Source: a virus. Taken from it: a DNA stretch of 64,000 bases. Position numbers and translations under genes: made by a program. Shown here one piece after another: positions 27,797 to 37,963 of this stretch. Under the pieces are notes generated by a model, which made no database searches, was not told the origin of the DNA, and was given only the letters and a program-made list of their open reading frames with translations. Each line of letters begins with the position of its first letter. Position 1 is the stretch's first letter. Location: IMG/VR virus record IMGVR_UViG_3300015171_000001, positions 93,281-157,280 of that record; one strand, given 5' to 3'.

Positions 27797-28645
27797 ATGA
27801 GCACACAACCAACGATAGTTCCAATTCAGTCTCCAAGTAAAAACGCACCTTCTTATATTCCTAATCAACCAAAGCAAGAGGAGAAAAAGAAAAATACTAA
27901 AGTTTTTAAATTACCAAGTCAAGGATATTTTTATCCAGAAGAATCACCATTAGCAAGTGGAGAAATTGAACTAAAATTTGTCACTGCAAAACACGAAGAT
28001 ATTTTGTCAAGTCAAAATTTTATTAAAAAGGGAATTGTTATTGACGAATTTTTGAAATCTGTTATTTTTGATCCAAAAATTAAACTGGAAGATCTTTTGG
28101 TCGGTGATAAGAATGCTATATTTGTATTTGCCAGAATTCTTGCATATGGAAAGGATTATGAAATTAAACAAAAATGTCCTGCGTGCGGAGAAGAAAATCA
28201 AGTTGTGGTAGATTTGGATAAATTATCTGTCAAGGAAATTGACTTTGAAAAATTTAAAAAGAATGTTAATTTATTTCAATACACTTTTCCTAATTGTCAA
28301 AGAGAAATTTTATTTAAATTATCGACCCACAAAGATGAGCAAGATGTTGATGTTGAACTAAAGAGTTTGGCTAAAGTAACTAAAAATAGTTCTTCACCAA
28401 CAGTTACTACAACATTGAAGAAAATGATCGTTTCTGTTGATGGAAAAGAAGATAAGGGATATATTAAATCTTTTATTGAAAAGGAACTCCCATCGGTTGA
28501 TAGTGCTGAGTTTCGAAAATATCTTAAGACTTTTATGCCAGACGTTGATATGACATATGATTTTACTTGTGATTCGTGTGGTCATACTCAAAAACTATCC
28601 ATCCCAATTGGGGTTAATTTCTTGTGGCCAGATGTTAATAGTTAA
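27797..28645 (+). CDS. Baseplate hub / tail assembly chaperone (T4 gp26/gp51-like), short form
   Basis: LPSQGYFYP, TAKHEDIL, LLVGDKNAI..ARILAYG, CPAC...CDSC, ends FLWPD. Lies upstream of the tape measure gene. Confidence 0.7.
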   Translation: MSTQPTIVPIQSPSKNAPSYIPNQPKQEEKKKNTKVFKLPSQGYFYPEESPLASGEIELKFVTAKHEDILSSQNFIKKGIVIDEFLKSVIFDPKIKLEDLLVGDKNAIFVFARILAYGKDYEIKQKCPACGEENQVVVDLDKLSVKEIDFEKFKKNVNLFQYTFPNCQREILFKLSTHKDEQDVDVELKSLAKVTKNSSSPTVTTTLKKMIVSVDGKEDKGYIKSFIEKELPSVDSAEFRKYLKTFMPDVDMTYDFTCDSCGHTQKLSIPIGVNFLWPDVNS

Positions 28646-28647
28646 TT

Positions 28648-29577
28648 GTGGGATATCCGACAGACATAATTTCACTTCCAAGTGAAGGATATTTTTATCC
28701 AAAAAAAAATCCATTGTCTACAGGTACAGTTGAGGTTAAATATTTGACTGGAAATCATGAGGAAATTTTATCAAATAAAAATTTGATAAAAAAAGGATTA
28801 TCGGTAGATATTGTTTTAAAAGATATTATTGTTGATAAAAATATTCCATATGAAGATATTTTGGTCATGGATAAAGAGGCTTTGATATTGGCCTCCAAAA
28901 TGTTAAGTTATGGTGGGAATCAGAAGTATAACATAAGATGTCCCAATTGTGAAAAAGAAATGGAAGTATCAATAAATTTATATTCATTTGAATCTAGTTT
29001 GTTTAATTTTTCCTGCTTTGAGAGAGGGAAAAATTTTAATTATTGTGAATTACCTTCTGGAGATATTATTTTTTATAAATTTCCAACAATTGCAGATGAG
29101 AGAAAATATTATGGGAAAGAAAAGACAGATTTTTTAAAAACAATAATACTTGCGGTCAATGAATCAAAAAATAAAAAAGTAATATCGAAATATATTGATA
29201 CCGAGTTTCTTTCTAAAGATAGTTTATATTTCAGAAAACATTTGGAAGTTAATTCTCCAGAAATAAATTCCAAATTTGGATTTAATTGTTCTGCGTGTGA
29301 ATATGTTAAAACAATGAAAATGCCTTTGGGAGATGTGTTTTTTAATTTAGATGAATATTATAGACTTAACTTACATGAAGAAATTTTTTCTCTGTGTTAT
29401 TATGGTCAAGGATTTGAAGAAAAAAGTGTTTATGAAATGCCAGTTTATAAGAGAAAGTTGTATTTGCAGAAGTTGAAAGATACTAAGGATAAAGAAAATG
29501 AACAAAATAATTCTTCTGAACCAAAGAAAAGTTCACAACCAAGTTCGGTAAATGTACCTAAACATTTTCACAAGTAA
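28648..29577 (+). CDS. Paralogous baseplate hub / tail assembly chaperone, long form with C-terminal extension
   Basis: LPSEGYFYP, TGNHEEIL, CPNC...CSAC, then YRLNLHEEIFSLCYYGQGF...VYEMPVYKRKLYLQKL. Confidence 0.7.
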   Translation: MGYPTDIISLPSEGYFYPKKNPLSTGTVEVKYLTGNHEEILSNKNLIKKGLSVDIVLKDIIVDKNIPYEDILVMDKEALILASKMLSYGGNQKYNIRCPNCEKEMEVSINLYSFESSLFNFSCFERGKNFNYCELPSGDIIFYKFPTIADERKYYGKEKTDFLKTIILAVNESKNKKVISKYIDTEFLSKDSLYFRKHLEVNSPEINSKFGFNCSACEYVKTMKMPLGDVFFNLDEYYRLNLHEEIFSLCYYGQGFEEKSVYEMPVYKRKLYLQKLKDTKDKENEQNNSSEPKKSSQPSSVNVPKHFHK

Positions 29578-29629
29578 ATAATATTAAAAAAAGTATTGAC
29601 TTTTTTTATTTTTGTCGTATATTATAATA

Positions 29630-30010
29630 ATGTATATAATATTTCTTATAATTGTTGCTTCCTATCTAATACTTATTCGTGTCCAAGATGGCACATCGCC
29701 GAAATTATCTGAGAGATTGTCAATGACAGATCCAGAACATAGAAAATTGTATTATGAGGCAAAAGAAGCTAAAGATATTGCTGATAATGATGTTAATAAT
29801 TGTCCAGGAAAAACATATCAAGAAAGAAAAGATAATCTTCTGAAATATTGTCGGGAAGAATTAAGTCCTGAACGCATGATGGAAATACAAGTTAGAACTA
29901 TGAGTAAAGATTCGTGGGAAGCTTACGAAAAAGAACATCCACTTATATTTATTAAATATGCAAATATGTTAAATGAAATTTTAAAAGATAAATCAAAGTG
30001 GCTGATATAG
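29630..30010 (+). CDS. Membrane-anchored hypothetical protein (start likely ATG 29630)
   Basis: N-terminal hydrophobic MYIIFLIIVASYLILI. Own sigma70-like promoter TTGACT-16-TATATT (29596-29623). Confidence 0.6.
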   Translation: MYIIFLIIVASYLILIRVQDGTSPKLSERLSMTDPEHRKLYYEAKEAKDIADNDVNNCPGKTYQERKDNLLKYCREELSPERMMEIQVRTMSKDSWEAYEKEHPLIFIKYANMLNEILKDKSKWLI

Positions 30011-33000
30011 ATAATAAAAATATAAAAAATGCAAAAGATGTTGCTGATAATATAGATTTATCAAAAAACGCATCTAAAGCCATTGCTAGTTATTGGGAAA
30101 TTATTTCCAATAAACTAGGAATTTCTTCGGACAAATCGTCAGAAATTGCTAAATTGGCAAAAGACCATTCTAATTCTCAAGAAAAATTTAATTTATTAAA
30201 AGCTAAAGAAAATGATCTTGTTGAGAAAATTGGAAAACAATCAAATAAAGAAGAATTAAATATTAAAGAGTTGATTAAACACAAACAAGAACTTTTAAAA
30301 AATACACAATCTAATATAGAATTTGATAAGAAATCCCACGAAGAAGGAAAATTATCAGAAATTGATCATGAAAAATTGATAAAAGATATTCAAAAAGAAA
30401 TGGATATAAAGAAAGAAATAGAAATTTTGCAATTATCAACAAAAGAATCCTTGACTCAACAAATAATAGATACAAAAATTTTATCAAAATCTCAGAAGGA
30501 TATATCCGATAGGTTACAAAATCAATTAAAATCTGTCAAAAAACAAGATGAATTACAAAAAAGTATTATTGGGCATGTTAGTAATATTTCTGGATCTTTT
30601 GGAGAAGTTGGAAAGTCTTTAGAAGCATTGGGTATTATTATAGAAGGAGTTATTGCAAATCCTTTGACTATTATTTTAGTATTATTGGGAATGGCAGTAA
30701 AATTATTTGTTGATCTTGATGCAGCAGGGGGAGAATTATCAAAGACTACACACCTTCTCCAATCTCAGACAGTAGATTTAAAAAAACAAATACAGGATAT
30801 AACTGTAGAATATTCTAAATATGGTATAACAGCTTCGGATGTTGCTAAAACTCAGGCAGGTATATTAGAATCAACAAATGATAATAATTTTGCTACATTA
30901 AAAACTGCAGCCTCAGTTGCATTAATGGATAAAAGATTGGGAGTCTCTGCAGAAAGTTCTACTGATGTATTGTCAATATTTAGAGGAATGAGTGGGATGT
31001 CTAGCGATGCCGCACTTAATTTGTCTGCACAGACAATACAAATGGCAAAATTGGCACATGTCGCCCCTGGTAAAATATTTGAGGATATTGCAAAATCTTC
31101 TGGAAAGGCATTGGTGTATATGAAAGGAGATGCTACTGCATTAGTTAAGGCCGCAATAGAAGCCAGACGGTTTGGTTCGTCTTTAGATGCAGTAGCATCC
31201 AGTGCAGATAGTTTACTAGATTTTGAAACTTCTATTAATTCAGAAATGAATTTGTCTCAAATGTTGGGAAAAAATATAAATCTTCAAAAAATGAGAGAAC
31301 TTGCATTTAATAAAGATTTGGGGGGATTAGCAAAAGCACAATCTGAATTTTTAAGAGAACAAGGTGGATTGCAAAATATGAATGTATTTGCACAAAAAGC
31401 AGCAGGACAAGCACTAGGACTCACTCTTGAACAAATGACAAAAATAAATGACCAAAACGCAATCCAAGATGATTTTGCTAAAGAAATGGCCGAAGCAAAA
31501 ACGAAAGATCCTGTTCATTATGCAGAAATGGATAAGTTTCAAAAGGATCAAATACAATATGAAAAACAAAAGGCTGATTTAGGAAAAAAATCAAAACTTT
31601 CTGGATATGAATCCTTAAAACAATTAGCCGAACAAGAAAAAACTCAGACTCAATTAGCAGATATGCAGGCAAAATTTAATGGACTGGTGGCGAAGTTAGG
31701 TGCAGCATTATTACCAATTGTATCTAAAATAATACTCCCATTATTACAAAAAATAACTGATGGAATCACATCATGGACTGGATCTACAGAAGATTTTTCT
31801 AAAGCACTCGACGACAATATTTCCAAATATAAGTGGTTATTAAAACTTATATATGAAATCTCAATTGGTGTATTTAAAATTTCTTCTTTAGTTGTATATT
31901 TTGTATTATTAGGAAAAATATTGTCTAGAATTGGAGTTTTTGGTGAAGAGTTTACGGAAACAATTTTGAAGTGGGTTGAAAGTATAAAAAATGTATTTTC
32001 GTGGTTTTCTAAAATATTTAAATTTATTCCAATTATTGGAAAATTTGGTGCGGCATTTTTAGAAGCTATTCCTGGGTTGGGAGAAATTATAATAGCCATT
32101 CAAACAATTTGGTCTGTTATTTCAAATGTTATTAAAAATTGGGACACATTGAAACAACAACTTATGAGTGGGGATATTGCTGGTTTATTCAAAACAATTG
32201 GAAAGATTATATTTGATACATTAACGGATGTTTTATTTTCTCCATTTGTTAGTTTATTAAATTGGGTCGGAAGTTTTTTTGGTGTTAAACTTGGAGATAT
32301 TTCCTTGAGTGCAGTTAAAGGATTATCAAAATTAATTTACGTGTATGCAATAGAACCAATTATAGATATTGGTCAAGCATTTATTGATATGTTCAAAAAT
32401 ATTTACAATGCGTTTAAATCTGGAATTTGGTCTGGAATTGGAGCACTAATATTAGAACCATTTAAATTTATCGCAAAAGCTTTGTACGATTGGTTTATTT
32501 CCCCATTTGTTAATGTATTAGATTGGATTGGGAGCTTTTTTGGTGCGCATCTAAAAGATTTTATTTTGGATGGATTAAAATCGGCAGGGAATTTAGCATA
32601 TGATATTTTAATACAACCTTTTATGGATGTATGGAATTGGTTAAAGAAAACATTTTTTGGCAATTCGCCATCCGAATTAGGATTGTTGATTGTGAATGGC
32701 ATAGGGGCCATAGGTGGATTATTATTGGATGTATTACTATCTCCATATAAAATGGCCTGGACATTGATTACAGACCTTTTTAGTTTTAACAACATAGGAA
32801 AGACAATAATGGAAACATTTGAAAAAATTGCGCCAATGATATTTGGGGCATTAATTTCTCCATTTCAAGATATTATAAAGTATATTCCTGATAATTTACT
32901 TCCAAAGGGAGTAAAGAATATATTTACAAATATTCCTGATAAAACATCCAAACCAGAAGATTTTCAATCCACAAACACTCAAGAACAATCAAAGCAATCT

Positions 33001-33156
33001 GTTAAAGTAGATTCTACTAATACAGACTTAAATGATGTTCTTTCTAAGTTAACTGCTGCAATAAACATATTGATGAATAATGGAATTACTGTAGAACTTG
33101 ATGGTCAAAAAGTAACAAAAGCAATAACTAGTAGGGTTGCTACACAGAACGTTTAA
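29998..33156 (+). CDS. Tape measure protein
   Basis: 1052 aa helical protein with SLLDFETSINSEM core, Trp/Phe-periodic amphipathic repeats and C-terminal VELDGQKV. Lies between chaperone and baseplate genes. Confidence 0.85.
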   Translation: MADIDNKNIKNAKDVADNIDLSKNASKAIASYWEIISNKLGISSDKSSEIAKLAKDHSNSQEKFNLLKAKENDLVEKIGKQSNKEELNIKELIKHKQELLKNTQSNIEFDKKSHEEGKLSEIDHEKLIKDIQKEMDIKKEIEILQLSTKESLTQQIIDTKILSKSQKDISDRLQNQLKSVKKQDELQKSIIGHVSNISGSFGEVGKSLEALGIIIEGVIANPLTIILVLLGMAVKLFVDLDAAGGELSKTTHLLQSQTVDLKKQIQDITVEYSKYGITASDVAKTQAGILESTNDNNFATLKTAASVALMDKRLGVSAESSTDVLSIFRGMSGMSSDAALNLSAQTIQMAKLAHVAPGKIFEDIAKSSGKALVYMKGDATALVKAAIEARRFGSSLDAVASSADSLLDFETSINSEMNLSQMLGKNINLQKMRELAFNKDLGGLAKAQSEFLREQGGLQNMNVFAQKAAGQALGLTLEQMTKINDQNAIQDDFAKEMAEAKTKDPVHYAEMDKFQKDQIQYEKQKADLGKKSKLSGYESLKQLAEQEKTQTQLADMQAKFNGLVAKLGAALLPIVSKIILPLLQKITDGITSWTGSTEDFSKALDDNISKYKWLLKLIYEISIGVFKISSLVVYFVLLGKILSRIGVFGEEFTETILKWVESIKNVFSWFSKIFKFIPIIGKFGAAFLEAIPGLGEIIIAIQTIWSVISNVIKNWDTLKQQLMSGDIAGLFKTIGKIIFDTLTDVLFSPFVSLLNWVGSFFGVKLGDISLSAVKGLSKLIYVYAIEPIIDIGQAFIDMFKNIYNAFKSGIWSGIGALILEPFKFIAKALYDWFISPFVNVLDWIGSFFGAHLKDFILDGLKSAGNLAYDILIQPFMDVWNWLKKTFFGNSPSELGLLIVNGIGAIGGLLLDVLLSPYKMAWTLITDLFSFNNIGKTIMETFEKIAPMIFGALISPFQDIIKYIPDNLLPKGVKNIFTNIPDKTSKPEDFQSTNTQEQSKQSVKVDSTNTDLNDVLSKLTAAINILMNNGITVELDGQKVTKAITSRVATQNV

Positions 33157-33207
33157 TCATTAGTAAATAAAACAATAGTAGTTTTTTCTTTTTTAATATT
33201 TATATTC

Positions 33208-35037
33208 ATGTCCGATGCTTTTGTAAATAATAATTTATCACAAACGTTTAATAATAATAATTCCACCACAATTTATGGTGTGTCCAATTATTCTGCATTT
33301 ATAGCAGGTTCTGATCAGGAAAATAATCCAACTGGAGGACCAGTTCCAACAGAATATTCTATTAATGCAGCAAGATTTAATGACGCTATTAATAATGTTT
33401 ATGGAGGATCGGATGTATATAATTCAGATAATCCCGCGTTGGATGTTGGGTTTAGACAACCATATGTTTATACAAAATTGACTGATTCTGATCTTATTAA
33501 ATATATTAAGAAATACGACACTAGAGCATTTCCAATAGGATCAACTGTTCAAGATACAGAGAGAATAGGTAAATTAATGATTTCTGGAAAGGGAATATTA
33601 TTCAATGCCACTCAATTTTTTTTACAAGGATATAATGCATTTAATGAAACTAGTTTATATAATCCATTGATGCCAATAACCGCAGTTGCTTCTTATGTTG
33701 GAATGGGATTAGTGCCAAGACCAAGAAGGTTTATTAATATTTCTAATTTTTCTATAGGATCTCTATTTGGATTTGGTAATTTAAATAGTCCTCCTCCAAC
33801 AGGAACTTTAGTATCAGCCGTTTCTAAGAATAATATTACTGTTAATGCACCAGAGGCATCATATGGAAACGGGACCACATATGCTGGATTACAGAGAGCA
33901 AGAACTGCATCGGCAGCATACAAAACATTTTCTAATATTTGGGGAACACAAACAAGTGACACTCCAAGTTTTTTAGCAACATTAGCATCAACATTTCTGC
34001 CAAGCAATTTGGCTCCAATGCCAACACAAAATGGAATTTATAAAATAGGAGATACCACAACATATGATATAATGACTGTAGATAAGATTGGAAGATTTAC
34101 TTCTGGGAAATATGTGAGAAATGGATCAATTGCAACATATTCTCCAAATTCTGTTATAGTTGCGGAGGTCATGCCAAATACACCAGATAATGTATATGAC
34201 GTTTCGGATTCAAATGATTTAGATGTTCCTATAGACAATAGTACCTCAAATTTGGTAAGTTTAATTTCTTCATTAACAAATACAAACACAAGATTTGGAA
34301 AAATAAATTCTTCTTTAACAAGTAAACAACAATACCAAAATTTACCAAATCCAACCGCACCAGCAAATATACAATCTGGAAATAATTATGAATCTCAAAT
34401 AAGCATAGCTTCTGGATCATATATCACAAAGTATGGGTTTTCGACACTGGGTATAAATGGTCAGGGGGATCAAATTAATGAATCATTTACCGTAACAAGC
34501 AATTCCGATATTAAAGATCTTGCCAAATTTTATTTTTATGATGTTTATAATAAAAAATATTTGCCATTTAGAAATACAATAACCGATTTGAATTTTTCAA
34601 CTAATGCAGAATGGGAAGAATATTCTTATATTGGTAGAGCAGATAATCTGTATACATATAAAGGATTTTCACGAACTTTGAGTTTTTCCTTTATAGTATA
34701 TGCAAATAGATTAGATGAACTTGGTCCAAGTTGGGCAAGAGCAAATTATTTGGCATCATTATTAGAGCCAATTGATTATGTTCAAGAATTTATTGTTCCA
34801 CCATTTGTTAAAGTTACTATCGGAAATTTATTTGTTGATCAACCTTGTATTTTGGATTCCTTTCAAATATCTATAGTTAATGAACAAACTTGGGATATTG
34901 ACAATGGATTACCACAATCATTTTCATGTGCAGTAGATCTAAAAGTTCTTCAAAAAGATGTTCCTAATATTGCCAATTTAAAATTTGCAGAGACTAAGAT
35001 AGTGACGGATGTGTATCAACTTACAGGAGCACAATGA
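33208..35037 (+). CDS. Baseplate / tail-tube initiator protein
   Basis: C-terminal tube-like domain PFR..ITD.....AEWEEYSYIGRADNLYTYKGFSRTLSFSF...PPFVKVTIGNL. Confidence 0.7.
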   Translation: MSDAFVNNNLSQTFNNNNSTTIYGVSNYSAFIAGSDQENNPTGGPVPTEYSINAARFNDAINNVYGGSDVYNSDNPALDVGFRQPYVYTKLTDSDLIKYIKKYDTRAFPIGSTVQDTERIGKLMISGKGILFNATQFFLQGYNAFNETSLYNPLMPITAVASYVGMGLVPRPRRFINISNFSIGSLFGFGNLNSPPPTGTLVSAVSKNNITVNAPEASYGNGTTYAGLQRARTASAAYKTFSNIWGTQTSDTPSFLATLASTFLPSNLAPMPTQNGIYKIGDTTTYDIMTVDKIGRFTSGKYVRNGSIATYSPNSVIVAEVMPNTPDNVYDVSDSNDLDVPIDNSTSNLVSLISSLTNTNTRFGKINSSLTSKQQYQNLPNPTAPANIQSGNNYESQISIASGSYITKYGFSTLGINGQGDQINESFTVTSNSDIKDLAKFYFYDVYNKKYLPFRNTITDLNFSTNAEWEEYSYIGRADNLYTYKGFSRTLSFSFIVYANRLDELGPSWARANYLASLLEPIDYVQEFIVPPFVKVTIGNLFVDQPCILDSFQISIVNEQTWDIDNGLPQSFSCAVDLKVLQKDVPNIANLKFAETKIVTDVYQLTGAQ

Positions 35038-35339
35038 TGAACAGATATTCAACAACAATAACAGGTTCTAGTTATAATGGAAAAAGATTTTATAATACGA
35101 CAATATACCCAATAATTTATCCTTCGCAAAATGATATATACATAATTTCTAAAGAAACTGATAGGTTAGATTTTTTATCATTAAAATATTATAAAGATAA
35201 AACATTATGGTGGATTATTGCGCAGGCAAATAATTTAGGAAAAGGTTCGTTAAGTATTCCAACAGGTATACAAATTACAATACCAAATCCCTCAAATATT
35301 GATCAAATATTAAATAATTTTACATTAATAAATTCTTAA
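35034..35339 (+). CDS. LysM-like baseplate wedge protein (gp53-like)
   Basis: DRLDFLSLKYYKDKTLWWIIAQAN...IPTGIQITIP. Confidence 0.8.
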   Translation: MMNRYSTTITGSSYNGKRFYNTTIYPIIYPSQNDIYIISKETDRLDFLSLKYYKDKTLWWIIAQANNLGKGSLSIPTGIQITIPNPSNIDQILNNFTLINS

Positions 35340-35340
35340 T

Positions 35341-37548
35341 ATGGCGGATACGATATTATCGACAACTCCCTTTCACCAAATAACTTCAATTGAACCTTTT
35401 GTTATTGATGAATTAACAAGAAGATCAAAAGACTATAATTTAGTAAATTCTAAAGCGGGTCAGGCAGATTATAATTCAAATTATAGAGGACCACAAAAAG
35501 TTTTTGCCAGATTTTTTTCCAATGCTTATTCTAAAGACAATTCCAATGGATTCTTAATGTATAATTCAACAGGGCATACAAAATTTGAGCAGTTTTATGG
35601 AATTGATAAAAGTGGAAAACAAATTATAGGATTTGATATAAACTTAAATCCAATATCAATAGATATTATTCAGCAGGGATTGCCTAGACCTGGAATTGTT
35701 TCTATAAATGTAGAAACAATGGGAGATTCCGAAGTTGCTGGTGGAAAATATAGAAAAACAGAAGTTAAATGGATGTGTTTTGGATTTGATCAATTAAATT
35801 ATTTATCGCAATATTTTATGTCTCTTGGAACATATTGTTTTGTTGATTGGGGCTGGAATAATTGTGGAGCATCAAACATCATACCTTTAAGTGATTCTTC
35901 TTTAATTCAAATGCATTCTGATGAGAATTTTTTGTGGAATAAAATAACAAATTCTAAAGGAAATTACGACGCATCTTTAGGAATAATAAGTCATTATTCA
36001 TATACACAAAATTCAAATGGTTCTTTTGAGGTAACAACAATAATATCTAATACATTAAAAAATATTGGGGGAATCCAAATTGGAAATATAAAAACTCAAC
36101 CAGATGGAAATAATAAACAAAATTTAAAAGATTGGAGTGTAAATTATTTTGAAAAATATATTTCTTCTAATGGACATACGGGGGTTGCGGAAATTGATTT
36201 GGATGGTGTTAATGTTGAGAATAGATTCTTCGTTCCACAAGATGTAGACAGTAAACAGTCTTCTGGATTTTCTGTCAGTAATGGAAATTCAGATATTTGG
36301 GTTAGAATGGATTTGTTTGTTGATATTTTAAATACATTTTGTGCAATGTCAATGAAAGATTCTGTATTAAAATCATATGTTATAGACATATCTAATTCTT
36401 GGATTATGGGAAATCCAAATTTAAAATCTTCTAATGGAAATATTTTATTGATACCAAATTCATGTGCGCCAAAGGGGGTGCCAAAAGATCTTGATGATAA
36501 TAATAATGATTCTCCATCACCAATCGCAAATAATGTTTTATTTAAAATATTACAAACACATGCTAGAGATGATCATAATGCTATTTTGAATAAAAATTTT
36601 AGTGCCGACACATCATTTCCATTTTATGGAAATATAAATCCTGGTGTCGATGTGAATCAATATCCTGGATATGCTGGTAAAATTGGAAATTTATTTTTAA
36701 AATTATCTTTTTTAAAAGAATCAATTAATAACAATGACTCGTTTGAGAATTTAATGTCCGATATTCTTTCTAAAATGTCTTCAGCAGCAGGAGGAATTTG
36801 GAATTTTGATGTCAGACAAGTTGGATATAAATCTGGAGGACAATCACAAAGAGTTACGATAGCAGATACTAATTTTATTGGATTCAAATCTATACAAGAT
36901 TTGATTAGTAGAACAACAAAAAATTCAAATTCCACATCGGCAGACGGAAATTCAATTTATGTTTTTGAAATAGCAAAGAAAAATTCCGTTGTTATAAATT
37001 ATGGAAGCACAGTGGATATAACAAAAGAGGTAGCAATTAATACAATGGCCAATAATTTTAAAAATGCCCAAGGAGTTCCTAATTTTGGGGGAATAAATAG
37101 ACCTATTTTTGAACCAAAAAATATTGGAGAAGATGCCCCAAAATCTCCAGCAGTTAATGATAATTTGGAAATCTCAAAAAGACAACCATCTGATGATAAC
37201 TTTTTTTATTTAAAAATTAAAAAAACAGGAGGCCAAGGATTTTTCCATACATTTTTATGCGAACCAAATATAGGAGTTTTGTCTAAGTTATTACAGGACA
37301 ATTCTCCATTAAATGGAAATAATGTTGGGTGTATTCCGGGAATGACAATTGATCTTGAATTGTTGGGGATTTCTGGAATTAAATTTATGGATGGGTTTTT
37401 AATAGATCCCGCACCAAAAATATACGACCAAACTTTATTTCAAGTTACTAAGGTCTCGTATGAGATAAGTGATTCTCAGTGGATAACTAAAATAACTGCA
37501 TTAATAAGACCATTATTTTCAACTAATGTGGGGACAGGACAAAAATAA
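35341..37548 (+). CDS. Putative baseplate hub protein
   Basis: PRPGIVSINV, VDWGW, ELLGISGIKF..F, FQVTKVSYEISDSQWITKI. Follows the LysM gene. Confidence 0.6.
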   Translation: MADTILSTTPFHQITSIEPFVIDELTRRSKDYNLVNSKAGQADYNSNYRGPQKVFARFFSNAYSKDNSNGFLMYNSTGHTKFEQFYGIDKSGKQIIGFDINLNPISIDIIQQGLPRPGIVSINVETMGDSEVAGGKYRKTEVKWMCFGFDQLNYLSQYFMSLGTYCFVDWGWNNCGASNIIPLSDSSLIQMHSDENFLWNKITNSKGNYDASLGIISHYSYTQNSNGSFEVTTIISNTLKNIGGIQIGNIKTQPDGNNKQNLKDWSVNYFEKYISSNGHTGVAEIDLDGVNVENRFFVPQDVDSKQSSGFSVSNGNSDIWVRMDLFVDILNTFCAMSMKDSVLKSYVIDISNSWIMGNPNLKSSNGNILLIPNSCAPKGVPKDLDDNNNDSPSPIANNVLFKILQTHARDDHNAILNKNFSADTSFPFYGNINPGVDVNQYPGYAGKIGNLFLKLSFLKESINNNDSFENLMSDILSKMSSAAGGIWNFDVRQVGYKSGGQSQRVTIADTNFIGFKSIQDLISRTTKNSNSTSADGNSIYVFEIAKKNSVVINYGSTVDITKEVAINTMANNFKNAQGVPNFGGINRPIFEPKNIGEDAPKSPAVNDNLEISKRQPSDDNFFYLKIKKTGGQGFFHTFLCEPNIGVLSKLLQDNSPLNGNNVGCIPGMTIDLELLGISGIKFMDGFLIDPAPKIYDQTLFQVTKVSYEISDSQWITKITALIRPLFSTNVGTGQK

Positions 37549-37916
37549 TGGATTCTATATCAACATATGATTTAATTAAAAAATCTATTGGAACTTATTA
37601 TTATCCAATATATTCTCATCCATTACCAACATCGCAAGATTATATTAATGGATATTTTGATAGATATTTTTATAAAAAAATAAATGCCAAAAATTTTATT
37701 GAAATAACTGAAAAGGATTATAATATGGTTTTATATAATTCATTTTGTCAAACATTAACATTTAAATGGATAATTATTGGAGCAAGAAATAATATTGTTG
37801 TCAATAATGTTTTGGAGGTTATGGGTGTGGAGGAACAAAATAAAGAAATATTGGCAATATACCCACAATTAAAAACTATATTAATTAATTTTTTGGAGTT
37901 TTGGCAAGGATATTAA
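37548..37916 (+). CDS. Hypothetical protein (baseplate cluster)
   Basis: PTSQDYINGYFDRYF...EI, with TAATG overlap. Confidence 0.65.
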   Translation: MDSISTYDLIKKSIGTYYYPIYSHPLPTSQDYINGYFDRYFYKKINAKNFIEITEKDYNMVLYNSFCQTLTFKWIIIGARNNIVVNNVLEVMGVEEQNKEILAIYPQLKTILINFLEFWQGY

Positions 37917-37963
37917 TATAAAATCTTTCCTAATTCATTAAAATGTTGTATTGTTAATATAAC

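Noticed and set aside
31478-32795. Minus-strand ORFs within the tape measure gene
   Set aside because: Antisense to a well-supported long gene, with no independent evidence.
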